In this document: positions 40,515 through 53,635 of the stretch, in pieces
Position numbering within the stretch: position 1 is the first letter of the stretch
How the letters are laid out: each line of letters starts with the position of its first letter
NCBI GenBank assembly: GCA_951406725.2
Contig: OX597815.1
Span: 174,654,001-174,718,000 of the forward strand
Direction of reading: 5' to 3'
Source: Octopus vulgaris
Taxonomy: Eukaryota
Length of the DNA: 64,000 bases
The notes under the pieces: generated by a model
What the model saw: the letters and a program-made list of their open reading frames with translations, nothing else
Database searches by the model: none
Told to the model about the DNA's origin: nothing
Position numbers and translations under genes: made by a program

Positions 40515-42119
40515 TATTGAACATTTACTACATTCACACATATTCATATGACAACAGTTATAAGTTAAGAATAACCTTGTATTTCTTTTACATTTTAACT
40601 TGATGAAACCAGTCTATAACTTAATTGATATTCTCATTTGCTGCTCTTTCAGTTCTTAGTTAAAAAAGACTAATTTACTAATGTGTTGTCTCAGGAATGC
40701 AAATGAGATGAACAGATAGTAGTCTTGTACAGAATGTCTATTATATTTCCTTTTTTGTTTCCTGCTCTAAGAATATTGTATTAAGTATAGAGATGGGTTG
40801 GGGATATTAATAATTGACAGGGATGACTTCTACCACCACCACTACCAATAATAATAATAATAATAATAATAATGATGAATAGCATAATGTTTCAGAAAGA
40901 GGTTCAGCTAGAATGTTATTAAGAAAATCTAATCTGAAATATTGCTCCCGGGGGGTGGGGGTGGGGTGCATGTGTATATGTATGTGTGTATATATGTAAG
41001 TATATGTGTTGTGTGTGTGTGTTTAAAAGTACATATATGTATGTAATGTATGTGTGTGTATATATATATATATGTATGTGTGTATGTATGTATCTGCATG
41101 TGAATGTGTGTATATATGCATACACACACACATCTTATTTTGGTCACACAGGTAAAACTCAGAGTAACAAGATACTAACCCTACCAAAATAAAATATATT
41201 AATAATCTCTACTATGGTATTGAATACTCTATTTTCTCCAACAGTTAACACTAAACATACATATATTTATGATGTGTGTGTACATATGTATGTGTGAAGG
41301 CACATGGCTCAGAGGTTAGAGTGTCAGGTACTCAATCATGCGTTTGAGAGTTCAATTCCTAGACTGGGCTGTGTATTGTGTTCTTGAGCAAGACACTTTA
41401 CTCCTCTGTAGAAGAGTTGCAATGTCATTGGTGTCAAGCTGTATTGGCCTTTGCCTTGGATAACAACAGTAGAATGGTGAGGGAAGGCTGGTATGCATGG
41501 ATAACTGCTAGTTTTCTATAATCAACCTTGCCCAAACTTGTGCCTCAGAGGGGAAGTTTCTAGGTGCAGTCCCATTGCCATTCATGACCAAAGGGTTTTT
41601 TTTTATATATGTATATCTGTGTATTAAGTTCTGAGTATGACTTTAACCCACATCCAGTAGTGGGTCCCTGGTTCAGGAGTTCCAAAGTTTTGAGGAATGC
41701 AGAACCACCTCTTAGCTGCTATTATTCCTAGGTCTACTCTGACCTTGTGTAGTAGCACCTGTCAGGATCTCAGCTTTGGGTTAATTAGAGGTTAGCAAAT
41801 CATGGGGAGCCCCTTGACAAGGTTGAGCACTTGCTAACCACCCAAGCCAGGGTTACATTGAAATTGTGGGAACTAGTATGGTGGATGTAAACTATTTCAG
41901 CAGATGAGCTTATTGAATAAATGGCAAATGTCAGTAGATGCTGAGCAGATGAACAGTCAACAGACTGTCAGTGACCAGGAGAATCAATCATTTCTGTTTG
42001 CAAACAACTGCTGTCACGTGCACAGATGAGACATTCAGCTATCAAAAGACTAATATGACTTATTATCCAGGCAAGTCACCCAGCTGGTTGATGATGATAT
42101 GTGTAAGTGTGTATTTATT

Positions 42120-42379
42120 CTTTTACATGTTTCAGCCATTTGGCTGAAGCACCACCTTAAAGGGTTTTAGTTGAAAAAAAATCAACCCCAGGACTTAGTC
42201 TTTGTAAGCCTAGTACTTACTTATTCTATCAGTCACTTTTCCAAATCACTAAGTTACGGGGATGTAAACACTAACATCCGTTGTTAAGCAATGGTGGTGG
42301 TGGTGGAGAAGCAAAGACAGCCACAAAGATACACACACACATGAATAAATATATATGTGTGTGTGTGTGTGTGTGTATG

Positions 42380-42422
<43 letters not shown>

Positions 42423-42577
42423 TTATTTCAGTTTCCATCTACCATATCCACTCACAAGAGTTTGGTTGGCCAGAGGCTATAGTAGAAGACACTTACCCAG
42501 TGTGCCATGCAGTGGGACTGAACCCAGAACCATGTGGTTGGGAAGCAAGCTCCTTACCACACAGCCATGCCTGCACC
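42120..42577 (-). mobile_element. SINE family A, antisense copy in MAN1B1 intron 1
   Basis: Reverse-complement head and tail of family A. Confidence 0.82.
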
Positions 42578-42807
42578 TGTGTGTGTGTGTATATATGTAT
42601 AAAATTTTCACGTTTTCATGTGACTGATCAGACTATCAGATGTTGTTACACCTCGCTGGTCACAATGTGCTTTTCAGTGTTTTGCTGAAGAACACAACAC
42701 ACCACCTAGTTTGGGAATCAAATCCATGAAATAGTGATTGTGAGTACAACAGCCTAACCACTAAGTATATATCTATAAGTGTGTGTGTGTGTATACAAAT
42801 ATATATA

Positions 42808-43287
42808 CAGGGTGCAGTGAATAAACTGTCATCTAAATTGCACAAAAATGAAAATAACACTGACAACTCATTTTAACAGATATATTTACCAAAATTACAT
42901 AAAAATATCTTGAAATACTAAAGAGTAAATTTATTCAATAAAATTGCCATTGGCTTCAGCTACAACCTCCAGACAATTTCGGAATCTCCTGCAACTCTTC
43001 TGGATGGTCCTCTTGTTTAAGTTGGTGAATGCGGCCATAATCCTTGCCTTCAGTTCATTTTGGTGTTATAAGGAGTGTTGTTGGTCTCTTGCTCAGCTGT
43101 ACTCCACACATAATAATCAAGGGGGTTGCAGTGTGGGGAGTTACGTGACCAGATGTTAGGGGTTATGTGATCACAGAAATTGTCTAACAGCCGTGACTGG
43201 ATTCTCCTGCTTGTGTGGCATGGTGCAGAGTCCTTTTGCCAGATATAGGGTTTTCCAGCAGCCACCTTCTCGACCCAGGGCAACATT
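42808..43287 (-). mobile_element. Tc1/mariner-superfamily 3' fragment
   Basis: WQKDSAPCHTS...WSRNSPHCNPLDYYVWS (QDxAPxH and SPDLNPLDY motifs). One terminus TA|CAGGGTG. Confidence 0.8.
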
Positions 43288-43424
43288 ACCTAACGCCAAC
43301 CACTCCGTGAGTGTAGTGGGTGCTTTTTACGTGCCACCCGCACAGGTGCCAGACAGAGCTGGCAATAACACTGTATATATATATACACACACACACACAC
43401 ACATACATATATATGTATGTATAC

Positions 43425-43625
43425 AGATGGATGCTGACAGCTCCATAAAGAAGTGTCGTTCACTCAAAGTGGATGGAACTCATGGAAGAGGGAGACCCAA
43501 GAAGACATGGGACAAAGTACTGAAGGATGACCTCAGAAAGCTGAACCTTCAGATGAGATGACAAAGGACCAAGATACTTGGCACATTGCTGTATTCAAGA
43601 AGAGCTGTCATCCATAGCAGAAGTG
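43425..43625 (+). mobile_element. RTE-clade LINE ORF C-terminal fragment
   Basis: KKCRSLKVDGTHGRGRPKKTWDKVLKDDLRKLNL..MTKDQDTW. Similar remnants at about 34130-34330 and 63230-63370. Confidence 0.8.
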
Positions 43626-43691
43626 TTAATGTCACATCCCCTGGTAAAGAGGATTGGCCTGCAAGAGTCCTGTGCTGAAAGCGCTCATAAA

Positions 43692-43725
<34 letters not shown>

Positions 43726-44132
43726 TAATAATAATAATAATAATAATAATTGTGTACAGTGCTCAGGTGCACTACAACTCATCTAAAGTGTATATATAAT
43801 CAGGTGAAGTTTCGGCGGATTTCGGAAAGCATGAGGGCCTTAAAAGATGCAGTGTCATGGCAGTCAACAACTGACGCAGGCAGTTTATTCCATGCTTCAG
43901 CAACTCTGAGCGTGAAAAAATGTTTCCGAAAGTCATGGGAGCTGTATTGTTTTCTGACTTTGTAGGCATGTCCACGTGTGTTAGACACATGGAGATCAAA
44001 AAGGTGTTCAGTGTTGTTGTTGGTGAGGTGGTTGATAACTTTGTGGGTGTTTACCAAGTCCGTCGCCAAACGCCGGAGCTTCAGTGAATCCATGCCCAGG
44101 GAAACAAGGCGCTCAGAATATGGTAGGTCGGT
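43692..44132 (-). mobile_element. 5'-truncated CR1-clade LINE 3' end with (TTA)n tail
   Basis: Uninterrupted ORF2 C-terminus YSERLVSLGMDSLKLRR...NTRGHAYKV...FFTLRVAEAWNKLPASVV, followed by a short UTR and microsatellite tail. Confidence 0.88.
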
Positions 44133-44566
44133 AGAATTCAAGCCAAATCAGACAGGAACTGGTGCAGCTCTCTGGCTTGCCAGTTCCTGTCAAACCATCC
44201 AACTCATGCCAGCATAGAAAAACAGACGTTACAGGACAATGATGATGATGATTTATTTTGCACTCAGTCTTCAAGTATGTCTAAAAACATGTAATGGTCT
44301 ATTCATCCATTTTCTCTGCTTGCTATTCCTGGGAGGGTCATGGAGATAGAATCTTCAGGTACCTCCACCACAGGCTCCTATCAGCGACAACTATCGTTAG
44401 ATTCCCAAATGTAACCATCCTTGTTGGATAAAAAAATAATTAAAAAAACATGTACAGAACATTACAGGTATATTCAAGGATATCAATTATTTGACTGTTA
44501 ACTGAGCATTATTTTTTGCCAATTTGTATTCTTGTTATGATCTGATTTTTATTTCTTCACCTACAG

Positions 44567-44809
44567 ATGTGGAAGCGCCTTTCGCAAATGCAGCGCAGTG
44601 TCATTGTACTGGTGCTGCTATTGGGTGTCTTGTCAGCACTGTATATAATTCCTGTTATCCAACTTGAAAGAACCAAAAACAAAGAAATGAATGAATTACT
44701 GAAGAAGAAGCAGTCATTCTTCCAATCCCAAAGCAAAATGTTGCGTTCCAAACTGCTGAATGAATTAGAAGAACAAAACAAGGCAAAGCAACAGGTTAAT
44801 GAGATACAG
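44567..44809 (+). CDS. MAN1B1: MAN1B1 exon 2 (type II transmembrane anchor and coiled-coil stem)
   Basis: Acceptor ttcacctacag|, donor CAG|GTAAGT, 243 nt. MWKRLSQMQRSVIVLVLLLGVLSALYIIPVI matches the MAN1B1 KWKQLSRLQR plus TM segment. Confidence 0.92.
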
Positions 44810-45813
44810 GTAAGTATTTTTTCTTCTCTCTTTCTCTCTCTTTTTTTTTTCTAGTTTTTCTTAGTTTGATCTTAAACTGCATGTAAAATTATGTATGTAT
44901 ACTTAGACTTGAAGCATTGATGTAACCATGATGTTCTGGTGTTCTGATGATCTAACTTTCTTCATCTGCATTGATTTGTAAATATACAATAGTATTGTAT
45001 AATGCATAGCATGCATATTGGTGCAGACATGTAAAATAATTTATTATGGACTGAAATTATTATTACATGATGAAGGCTGTGAAATGGCTATAATCCTAAG
45101 GATGACTAGGGTTTAAATAAATATATTCAACTCTCCTCCCGCCTGACATTTTATGGTTTATAACTCCTTTATTGATTGGATCTCCTGGATTTCAGTTGCA
45201 TAGAATTCTCCATTATACTCCTCTGTATTGGATTACCATGTGATCTGCTTGTTGGGTCTGTTAGAGGAGCTTTCTGTGATAGCCACATGATTCTATGAAT
45301 CCATATATTGCACCACAAATTTAAAGTTCAATTTATATATATATTGAACTGAATAACAATTCTAAGTTTGTTTTCATTTAAAATTTGATGAATTGTTTCT
45401 TTTTAATGGATATTGATGTTAACTCCAACTGATACTATTAATCTATGACTCCTAGAACCCCAAACCAATTTTAGGGGTGTTGTTTAAGCTCATTTCTGTG
45501 CTCAGTAGACCTATAATCAAAGGTACTCCAGTCATGACAATCCACTCATTTTGTATACCCTGAACCACAAGGTTGATTGAATCCTTTTAAGATAGTAAGA
45601 AGTGATTTGCTACTATTTCTAGTAGGTCAAATGACTACATAGAGTTTCCCTTGTTATTTATGATGTTTAGTTTGTAAGATTCTTTCTTGAGTCTGATGAC
45701 ATCTATCAAGATGATGGGCTGTTGCTGTGTGTTCAGTGCATATGAATTGTGCATGCAATGAATGAGGTACATGCTATTGTGTATGAATTGTAAGGTCTGG
45801 GTATAAAACGGTT

Positions 45814-45854
<41 letters not shown>

Positions 45855-45855
<1 letters not shown>

Positions 45856-46248
45856 TAGCAGTATCGCCCGGCGTTGCTTGGGTTTGTAAGGGAAATAACT
45901 ATATAAGCATTTTTAGTGAGTTATAGCAAAAAAATAGCAAAAAATGCATTAAAAATGGAATAAAAAATGATGGTAAATCTTTTTTAAATCGTTGACTCAT
46001 CGTAGATATTTTTAGAGTTACTTCCCTTATATAATAGCGAAAAAATGCATTAAAATGGAAAAAATGATGGTAATTTTTTTTTTTAATCGTAGACTCATCG
46101 TAGACGCGCGCTAATACCCAGAAGGGCTCGATATGAATCACGACTATAAGATACCCGGTTTTGGTTAAACTGCACGGCAAAATGTGGGAGTAGTTAGGAA
46201 TCTAAATCGTAGGAGACAGACATACAACTTCACTTTTATATATAAAGA
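45855..46248 (-). mobile_element. Non-autonomous Helitron, copy 1
   Basis: On the minus strand: 5' TC start, 3' hairpin CCC(A/G)AGCAACGCCGGG and CTAG|T end, inserted in a TA tract. Confidence 0.8.
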
Positions 46249-46759
46249 TTTGTGCAACAACTAAAACATTTGGTTGTGCAAATTGTTTGCACAGGAAACC
46301 TGCCCTGTGTGGCGGTTTTTGCCGTTTTTGTGGATCTGTTTCAGCATTTTTAGCGATTTCTGTTTTGGCGAACTCAAGCCATGAAGTCGTTGTTCTAAAA
46401 GAACGCTGGTCTCCTTGACAACGCTTTACGACGTTGATTTCCCTACCCTGCCTTCCCCACAGCTTCACGAGGGAGGGAAAAAGGGGGAGAAGCAACACAG
46501 GTGCAGGTGTGAGCATGGACGCCAACTCCGCCGCCATCGACACACGAAAAATTGGACGAAATGGAAAAAAATGATGTTAAATTATTTTTAAAATCGTAGA
46601 CTCATCGTAGACACGTGCTAATACCCAGACGGGCTCGATATGAATCACAACTATAAGATACCCGAATTTGGTGAAACTGCACCGCAAAATGTGGGAGTAG
46701 TTAGGAATCTAAATCGTAGGAGACAGACACTCACACAACTACAGTTTTATACATATAGA
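46249..46759 (-). mobile_element. Non-autonomous Helitron, copy 2 (own 5' end, no 3' end)
   Basis: Shares the 5' end and the internal GC-rich block with copy 3. No CTAG or hairpin before it abuts copy 1. Confidence 0.7.
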
Positions 46760-46773
46760 TATATATATATATA

Positions 46774-47284
46774 CTAGCAGTATCGCCCGGCGTTGCTCGG
46801 GTTTGTAAGGGAAATAACTATATAAGCATTTTTAGAGAGTTACTTCCCTTATAGATGCCAATTCGGGCTTTTTTAGCCATTTCTGTTTTGGTGTCTTCAA
46901 GCCATGAAGTCGTTCTAAAAGAACGCTGGTCTCCTTGACAACGCTTTACGACGTTGATTTCCTTACACTCCCTTCCCCACAGCTTCACGAGGGAGGGAAG
47001 AAGGGGGAGAAGCAAACAGGTGCAGGTGTGACCATGGACGCCAACTCCGCCGCCATCGACACACGAAAAATTATGCATTAAAATGGAATAAAAAAATGAT
47101 GTTAAATTATTTTTAAAATCGTAGACTCATCGTAGACGCGCGCTAATACTTAGACGGGCTCGATATGAATCACGACTATAAGATACCCGAATTTGGTTAA
47201 ACTGCACCGCAAAATGTGGGAGTAGTTAGGAATCTAAATCGAAGGGGACAGACACTCACACAACTACAGTTTTATATATATAGA
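46774..47284 (-). mobile_element. Non-autonomous Helitron, copy 3
   Basis: 5' TCTATATATATAAAACTG..., 3' CCCGAGCAACGCCGGGCGATACTGCTAG|T on the minus strand. Termini nearly identical to copy 1. Confidence 0.82.
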
Positions 47285-47339
47285 TATATATATATTAATG
47301 TAGAGGAATGGGCTGTACCCATTGCCTTTGAGACTGGTG

Positions 47340-48130
47340 AGATTGACACAGTTAATATTCTTTTTGAAGTATTATTAGCCCATGATTGCTGATAAAAACA
47401 TGGGGAACGAGAGAATTTCAGTGGACCAACATTCTGGGAAAGAAGCCATGAGTGTAGTAGTTAGTGGAACTTGGAAACAGAGTAGGTGATTGAGAACAGG
47501 AATGACAAATGAGTCAGGAGTGCCCAAGAGGAAATAATACAAGATCAGTCTGTTCTGAGGAACTGAGTCCAGTGTAGCAGCAACACCATTATGTAGAAGA
47601 TTTAATAGCAATTAGAGCTGAAGTATTGAAGAAGAGGGCCAGTCTTTCTGATGCAGTCCTGTGTTGAGAATGTACATTCACCAAAAGAGATTTTCAGTAA
47701 TGATGAGATTTAGTATTTGTAGTGGCCTTGATTCTAGTTTTGTGCTGTACATATTTGAATGGAGTTGCAATAATGTCTCTTTTACATATAGTGATTGTTT
47801 CTTTATGCTGTTGAAGATTAGCATAATCTCAGCGGAGGATGAGTTTTGAAATCTCTTCTTAGAGTCAGTGCAGATTTGGTATGAGGTCTCTATGTTGCAT
47901 GTGGACGATACTAGCAAGTGGAAAGTTAAGGAAGAATGAAGAGTGACAGGAAGTAGGTTGTTGATGTATAGTAGGAAGAATGTAAAGGACAAAATCAGAC
48001 TTTGAGGAACAGAGGTTTTGTGAGATTCCATTAGCACACACCACACTGGTGTAAAATGGACAGCTTTGATACATTCATTTGCTAGACATGACTGAAGGCT
48101 TACTGGAAGGCTTTCTACAAATCATTAAAA
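47340..48130 (-). mobile_element. Decayed LINE reverse-transcriptase fragment
   Basis: SVPQSLILSFTFFLLYINNLL matches the RT motif GVPQGSxLxPxLFxxYINDL. Many disruptions. Confidence 0.65.
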
Positions 48131-48598
48131 GGGATCCTCTTATTTCCATCTCCTGATCTTTGTTTTTGCTTTCCCGCCTGGTTGGTGGCAATACAACTGC
48201 TCACGGTAGATCACACGTTTATTCAGGTAATAATTACAATAATTATAAATAACACCTAAAGCTTGTCTTTAATCTTGTAGTAATGTTCTTCACTAAATAA
48301 TTCCCTGATATTCTTGAACATTTTGAGGAAATTTTATTTTCTATCTCCATTGATTATTTTGAATGTATTCCCAGGAAGATGGGCAATGTCTATAACTATT
48401 ACTGATGTTCTGCTTGAACTTGGGGAAATTTGGACAAAGAATAAGTTTGACAGAATTGTAGTTTAGGGGAGGAGTCATTGAACTGGTGCTTAGTTTGGAG
48501 TTTGAGTGATAAGACAGCAATGATAACAAAAGAAGGGGAGATTGGTAGATCAAGTATGTAGGATTAGACGTAAGGAGTTGGTGACAAATATCTCCTTT

Positions 48599-49569
48599 TG
48601 TACACCGCACGGTCGCTCCTAACAAAATAAGAAGCCAAATACATGATATAGAATACAGTGCCAAAAGAATGAATGAGGGACAACAAACCATTCTACTGTT
48701 TGAGAGAGAAGATGACTTTTATTCACAATGTGTACAAAGAGAAAGTGTGTGAGTGCTAGCGAAGTGTTGTGTATAAATGCGTGCACATAGTATTTGTATC
48801 TGTGTGTTTGTGTGTGTGACAGAAGGTACAGACAAAGGTGTATGCGTATAACAGAAAATACAGAGTATAGAGCATAAGTCTCAGCATATTGAGTTAAGAT
48901 AGAGTTAGTTTACCAGTTCATGAGGTACACAATAGTAAGTTCTATAACAAGATGTTGTGGGTCATGTGGCAGAGCCGGTTACTACATGTGTAGAAGTTGT
49001 GGCTATCATGCCGTGCCGAGTCTCTTGATTTAGATAGTTCTTTAGGTAGACTATTTTCCTTGTTGAAAGATTCACACAAACAGCGTGAGGTAAACCTGGT
49101 TGGTGTTGTTGATGTGTACATGTTGTTGACGGAGATGGAGACAATGATGGTGATGACGGCGGTGGAAATGGAGAACATTCTGTCTGTCGCTGGTATATAA
49201 TAGCATCTTCATAGCAGGAGCATGGCTGGCAGGCTGGTCATCTGTCCCTCAAACCGGAACATAGCTGAGTAGCTCTGTGGTCAGTGACTAGACCTTAAAA
49301 GGTCTGAAGTCGAAAGACAGAGAATAGTGAAAGCAGGCTTATTTAAAGAGTTAAAGTGGCTCAAATGAAGCATCCTATCTGGAGGCCATGATTGGTTGGC
49401 TTTACACCCTGGCGCAAAATAAGTAGAGAGACAAACCATGCCAGATGCCAACCAATCAGAGCTGTGGACACAACGGGGTCAAACTAGCCAAAGATGGTTG
49501 TAATCTCAAACGAGATCATTCTTATTGTGTCTCTCAAAGAGTGAGGATATCAATATCGCTACAAGTACA
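48599..49569 (-). mobile_element. Solo LTR related to 14124-14820
   Basis: TGTAC...GTACA ends. The minus strand shares GACCCC.TTGT.TCCAC..CTCTGATTGG, AACCAATC..GCCTCCA and CAGACCTT.TAAGGTCTA..CTGACCAC with the 14-kb LTR, plus AATAAA. No clean TSD seen. Confidence 0.6.
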
Positions 49570-50252
49570 TTTGGACAGAATTGTTCATATCTTACTTATT
49601 TAGCAGAACATTATAGACAAAACAGAGGGAGAACACAGTGTTGGTATGATCATCATATGTGTTGGAGAAAGTATCTTAACCAATCTGCTAGATAACCTTT
49701 TCCAGGATGCAGCCTAAATTGTGTGTGAATAGTAGCTTTACATCTCATATATGTATATTAATCTCATACAAGTTGCATTTGTGCTTGGTATAATCAACAG
49801 CTGTTCATGACTGAAGTATCTTTTAGCTTAAAAGTGAGAATCTAGCCTTTGAGATCCATTTGAATAATGTTGTAGACTTGAGATTTTTATGATCCTATAA
49901 ATAATCTGAGATTGTGAGATCTAATATTTACTACCTGACCATCTGCTGTCAATAATGGCAACTAATTGTAATATTTTATTAACTTAACTTAACTTAACTA
50001 TATATAAATAAGGTACAAAATAATCACACATACAAACATACACATACTTCCCTAGTACATACACTCACATACACAGAGTTGAAATGCTGACTTTTTTTTT
50101 TCACCCTTTCCTTCCTTATTCATCTATCACCCCTTCCTTTCTCTCATTGCTTTTATTTTCTCTCACTCACTTCCAGTCAGGGCTATTACTGTCACTATTC
50201 CTTCACTGAGTTACTATTTCCTCTCTCCCTTGTGTCTCCTGCATGATTCTGG

Positions 50253-50315
<63 letters not shown>

Positions 50316-50722
50316 TACATACATACATAAAAATGTATAAAAACACTATGCTCATTATTATATTAGGAGATTACAGGACTGGAGACTTTAACTCTGTTGT
50401 TCATGTATGAAGTTTATTGTTCTTTGATGTTGTCAATGACATTAAGTTGTAATGGCCTTATTGCAAATAGTTTACAAAGTGTTTTTACATGGAATTCATT
50501 CAAATCTGGATTGAGGCGTCCAGTTTGAATATTAATTGAGACTCTTTATGATGGGTTAAGCATGCGTGAAGTATGGCATTGTCTGTGTAGGAGTATGTTT
50601 CATTTGAAGTAGCAGTGAATAGATCATTGTAGAGAAGAATAAGTATCAGTTGTGTGTGTGTGTGTAATGGAAGAATTGGTATAATATAGATATTCTAAAA
50701 AATAAAAGTTTCTTTTTTACAG

Positions 50723-50797
50723 AGAGCTCAACAACAAATGCCTATTCAAAGAGGAGGCGAACAGATTGTGTTACAGCCACCTGAAGTACCTCTTAAG
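50723..50797 (+). CDS. MAN1B1: MAN1B1 exon 3 (luminal stem)
   Basis: Acceptor ttcttttttacag|, donor AAG|GTAATA, 75 nt, phase 0-0, RAQQQMPIQRGGEQIVLQPPEVPLK. Keeps the frame. Confidence 0.8.
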
Positions 50798-50920
50798 GTA
50801 ATAGTTTGCCTTCTTTTAGTATCATTTCTAATATATTTTGTCTTTTTTTCATTATGAATGTTTTATAGTAAGATCTTTACATCTTTTCCTAATTTTGTTT
50901 CTCTCTGTTTTCTTTTGTAG

Positions 50921-50993
50921 TTTGACAGTCATCAGGAAAAACAAATTCATAGACCAGCTGAAGGGAAACACATTCCTGAAGCAGCATTTAGAC
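50921..50993 (+). CDS. MAN1B1: MAN1B1 exon 4 (luminal stem)
   Basis: Acceptor ttttcttttgtag|, donor C|GTATGT, 73 nt, phase 0-1, FDSHQEKQIHRPAEGKHIPEAAFR. Provides the phase change needed to join exon 5. Confidence 0.8.
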
Positions 50994-51222
50994 GTATGTT
51001 GTTTGAAATATCTCTCTAGTTTCATTTTATTTGAAATGACTGTGGTTGTGAAGTACTAGTTGGAACCTCAATCATTATAGCAAAAGTGTTCCATTTACAT
51101 TACATTGATAACCCTTTTATCTTTTTTATAAAGTTTTTGTTTATTTGTTTCCTTTTTGTATATCTATGACACACAACTAATGTTCTAGGCATGCTTTAAG
51201 TACTGGCATTATACACTTGCCT

Positions 51223-51458
51223 AGAGCAGTGAGCTGGCAGAATCGTTAGCATGCTGGGCGAAATGCTTGGTGGTATTTCGTCTGCCATTACATTCTGAGT
51301 TCAAATTCCGCCAAGGTCGACTTTGCCTGTCATCCTTTCAGGGTCGATTAAATAAGTACCAGTTACGCACTGGGGTCGATATAATCGACTTAATCCATTT
51401 GTCTGTCCTTGTTTGTCCTCTCTGTGTTTAGTCCCTTGTGGGTAGTAAAGAAATAGGT
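51223..51458 (+). mobile_element. SINE family C with 15-bp TSD
   Basis: TSD ATTATACACTTGCCT at 51208-51222 and 51459-51473. Confidence 0.9.
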
Positions 51459-51588
51459 ATTATACACTTGCCTTTCATAGGGAACAAAATCCTTCAACTT
51501 AATTGGTAGATTTCAAACCATATAGGGTTCTTTCTGAAGAATAATTTGTAACATATTTTCTGTATTAGTTAGATATTCTCTTATAATA

Positions 51589-51817
51589 TTAACGCTTTAA
51601 CATTTGGATCATTCTGTCAAATATAATGCTTTTTTCATTCACATTGTTTTTAATTAATCATGCATTATCTCATAGCTATGAAATTTTGATGATATGATTG
51701 TATATTTTTAGAATGGCATTTAAGGGTAGGTGTGATTGGCTGGATCTGGCTGGTTAGAACACAAAACAAGTAGCATATTTGGGCTGGATCTGGCTGGTTT
51801 AAATAATAAAGGGTTAA
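51589..51817 (-). mobile_element. TTAA-flanked (piggyBac-like) MITE, inverted copy
   Basis: Reverse-complement homolog of 12944-13170 with TTAA at both ends. Confidence 0.72.
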
Positions 51818-53635
51818 TGTGCTGAATGCTTTATTTGGTGTGCTATATGTTTTTAATTATCTTTCTCAATCTTCCTTTCTGATTTCATATCATCTTTGTC
51901 ATCATTCAACTCAATTTCTAACCAATTGCTTATCTCTGTTAAGAATGCATCTAGTGAAGGACAATACAACTTTTAAGTCCTTTTCTTTACTATTAATTCT
52001 GATAGCAGATGGAGTCTTTTTTTTCTGTTCTGTTAAATTCTTTCCTTAGACAAAGATGGAGTTGAAGAATGAGTCCCCAACTTTAATAGATACATTAGTT
52101 TACCTTCCTTACATTCATAAGCTTTCTATCTTTCTTATTTTTCTTTTTCTTGTTTCATACTTTCTGACTACTTTGTACCATTCATTGAGAAGAGCAGGTT
52201 TGTGAGTTGGTAATATGTAATTTAATTGATCTCTGAAAATTATTATTGCCAGTGCTTGTCCCATGTTTTCCTTGCATGTGTTGTGACAGTAAACACATCC
52301 ATTTTTCATAGTTTTATTATTTATTACTTGATTATATATTTTTAGAGATAGCTTTGCTGCATGAGTCTATTTTGGGCACAAGGAAAATAGTATAGGGAGG
52401 ACATAATTATCTGTGTCACAGAAATTCCAAATTAGTGCATATCATATTGTCTAAAGGCTATGGATGACTTTTCTTAATATTTGAATTGTGCAATTAACAT
52501 CTATTCTTAGCATCTTGTGCAGTGTAACCTTTTCTGGCTTCTAATTATCATTGTCAACAAAGTCAGAACGATTAATGTATTAGAAGACCACTCTTTTATG
52601 AGGGTTCTACTCAATGACTTGCCCTTTTCATACAGGCCATTTAATCCTTCCTATTTAATCCTTTCTACAGTATGTCCTTAAAATATGTATTGAAGAATTT
52701 GTGTATGATCAACATTGCATGGTTTTGCATCATTAATTAGTGCAATTTTATATCCTTTACCTCCAATATGCATTCGCCTTTCTTGAAAATTGTCAGCAGG
52801 TATGGCTATGTGGTAAGAAGCTTACTTTCCAACCACATGGTTCCAGGTTCATTTCCACTGTGCAGCACTTTGGGCAAATGTCTTCTACTATAGCCCTAGG
52901 TTGACCAAAGACTTGTGAATGAATTCAGTAAACAGAAACTGAAAGAAGCCTATTATATATATATCTTCCTTTATTCAACCATCTTATTTATACTCTGATC
53001 CCCATTCCTTGTGAATATGCCCGGCATTTTGCCACCATCTCCATCCTGTGGTCTCCCACTTTCTCTCCCTCTCTCCTTCTCCTGCTCTTCCCTCAGGCTG
53101 GGCAACTGTGTATTTTCTTTGTGGTAGCACACCTGTTTCTGTCTTCATCTTTGATCTTGCTCTCTCTGGCTGGGTAACCTTGTACATTATCTTCGGCAAG
53201 ACACCTATCTCTGTTTCACTATAATTGTTTCATCATCACCTCCTCCAATGCCTCTTTCCCTCTTAGAAGTTTTTGTCTTGCAAGTACTTGGTGATCCTGT
53301 CAGTGCAGGTGCCACTTAAAAGCACCCAGTCCACATTGTAAAGTGGTTAGTGTTCTGAAGGGCATCCACTGTAAAAACCTTGCTAAAACTGACCTTGCTG
53401 TGCTTGTGCCACATAAAAAGCACTACTCACCTCACCCGTGCTTGTGCCACATAAAAAGCACAAAGTCCATTCTGTTGAGTGATTGGTGTTAGGAAGGCCA
53501 TCCAGCTGTAAAAATCCTGCCAAAACAGTCACAAAAGTCCAATGCAGGCTTTGGCCTGTCTGGCTCTTGTGGTACTGTCCCACCCATGCTAGAATGAAAC
53601 ACGGACATTAAATGATGATGATAATGATATATATA

